A stretch of DNA of 55,732 nt. It comes from Candidatus Uhrbacteria bacterium. GTDB lineage: Bacteria > Patescibacteriota > Patescibacteriia > UBA9934. The DNA is taken from the NCBI GenBank assembly GCA_943359325.1, contig CALRHD010000005.1, positions 1-55,732 of the forward strand. The letters run 5' to 3'. A model generated the notes under the pieces. It worked only from the letters and a program-made list of their open reading frames with translations. It was not told where the DNA came from and did not search any database. Every line of letters begins with the position of its first letter. The first letter of the stretch is position 1. Below are positions 54,769 to 55,732 of this stretch, one piece after another. A program made the translations under genes and the position numbers.

Positions 54769-55436
54769 CGACAGGCACGGCATTAACGCGGGGGATGGCG
54801 TTGCTTGGCGACGCACTCTTTCCGCGTTTTTGCGTTGGCTGCACACGTGAGGGGAAGATTTTGTGCGACGTGTGTAACGAGGTGTGGATAAGTATGTCCA
54901 CGACTCAGTTGCGGACATCAGAAGTTTGGACGTTTGGCGTGTACGCAGACCCTGTTTTGCGGGGTTTGTTGACGACATGGAAGTATCACTTCGACGACAC
55001 GGCGTGGGCGGTGTTACGTCGTCGATTGCAGCCGCAAATGTCGTTGTTGCACCTTCGCGCCGCAATGGCGGGCGTTGAGGCGGTCGTGCCTGTCCCACTT
55101 TCTCGGCGACGCCGCGCCGAACGAGGGTTTGATCAAGCGGTGGAGATTGCAGAGTGGATTGCTGCGGGCATCCATCGCCCCGTTCTTCACCTCCTCGAAC
55201 GAAAGCACGTCGACGGCCACCAAGCGGAACGCACCATCGACGAACGTATCACTGCCATGCACGACAATCCTTTTTCCATAAAAGCTTCAAAAATGGCCGA
55301 TCGGCAAAAAATGAAGCCGACCCATGTTCTCCTCGTCGATGACGTCTGGACAACGGGCGCAACTATGCACGCCGCCGCTGAAGTCCTTGTCACACAGGGA
55401 ATTGGGTCGCATTTTGTAACGGTGGCAAAGGGATAA
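54765..55436 (+). CDS. comFC: ComF-family phosphoribosyltransferase-like protein
   Basis: N-terminal Cys cluster FCVGCTREGKILCDVC, then RRRRAERGFDQA and the PRTase motif VLLVDDVWTTGATM. ATGA overlap with the upstream gene. Confidence 0.85.
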   Translation: MTTGTALTRGMALLGDALFPRFCVGCTREGKILCDVCNEVWISMSTTQLRTSEVWTFGVYADPVLRGLLTTWKYHFDDTAWAVLRRRLQPQMSLLHLRAAMAGVEAVVPVPLSRRRRAERGFDQAVEIAEWIAAGIHRPVLHLLERKHVDGHQAERTIDERITAMHDNPFSIKASKMADRQKMKPTHVLLVDDVWTTGATMHAAAEVLVTQGIGSHFVTVAKG

Positions 55437-55504
55437 TCACGTTTCATATCGCTTGCTTTCACGCTATGTTTCGGCTACCATGGCGACGCCAATGTAATGA
55501 TTAC

Positions 55505-55594
55505 GGAGAGGTGGCCGAGTGGCTTAAGGCACAGGTTTGCTAAACCTGCGTATTCGCAAGAGTACCGGAGGTTCGAATCCTCTCCTCTCCGCCA
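55505..55594 (+). tRNA. tRNA-Ser, anticodon GCU, type II, CCA encoded
   Basis: Acceptor GGAGAGG/CCTCTCC, anticodon stem CAGGT/ACCTG with loop TTGCTAA, a long variable arm, T arm GGAGG-TTCGAAT-CCTCT, G, CCA. Confidence 0.9.
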
Positions 55595-55732
55595 AAATTC
55601 GGAATTCAAATTTCCGCAAAAAATATGGTCGGCGCGAAGCGCCGTCTGTTCTGCATTCCCCCCAAAAAACTCTGATTCAGAAAGGATTTTCCACGCTCCG
55701 CGTGGCTCAAAAAGTACGGTTCGTTCTTTCAT

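Noticed and set aside
55475-55732. 85-aa minus-strand ORF at the window end
   Set aside because: It runs straight through tRNA-Ser(GCU) at 55505-55594.

Overview
Gene-dense bacterial chromosome segment, about 50% G+C by eye, using the standard code. RF2 is present and TGA, TAA and TAG all terminate recognisable genes. The housekeeping backbone is: a partial RluA-type pseudouridine synthase, valS-tyrS-argS, bactofilin, a DsbA-like/VKOR pair, nusA, a short YidC, groES/groEL, prfB, two NAD-epimerases, tsaC, rsmA, comFC and six tRNA genes that all encode their 3' CCA. The content (short YidC, degenerate DHH and CCA-enzyme paralogues, one giant surface protein, a Gram-positive-type PrgI/VirB4 module) resembles reduced Patescibacteria/CPR-like genomes. 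That placement is an inference, not a database result. The accessory part holds four things. (1) A 3,412-aa Cys-rich secreted giant protein (30920-41158) preceded by a TSP3-repeat membrane protein. (2) A minimal T4SS-like operon (47209-54768: VirB6/TrbL-like, PrgI/VirB3-like, VirB4 in two ORFs, a VirB8-sized anchored protein) followed by comFC. (3) Two different HUH/Y1 transposase genes, each bracketed by its own cognate repeat, with extra solo repeat copies elsewhere, two of them in frame inside CDSs. (4) Two families of 130-170 nt long imperfect palindromes with compensatory stem substitutions, sitting at or overlapping CDS 3' ends; one occupies the gap that splits VirB4. Also present: C-ending-codon-rich secreted-protein genes, several decayed genes, and an AT-rich remnant of a zeta-toxin-like kinase. 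No CRISPR array or rRNA was seen.
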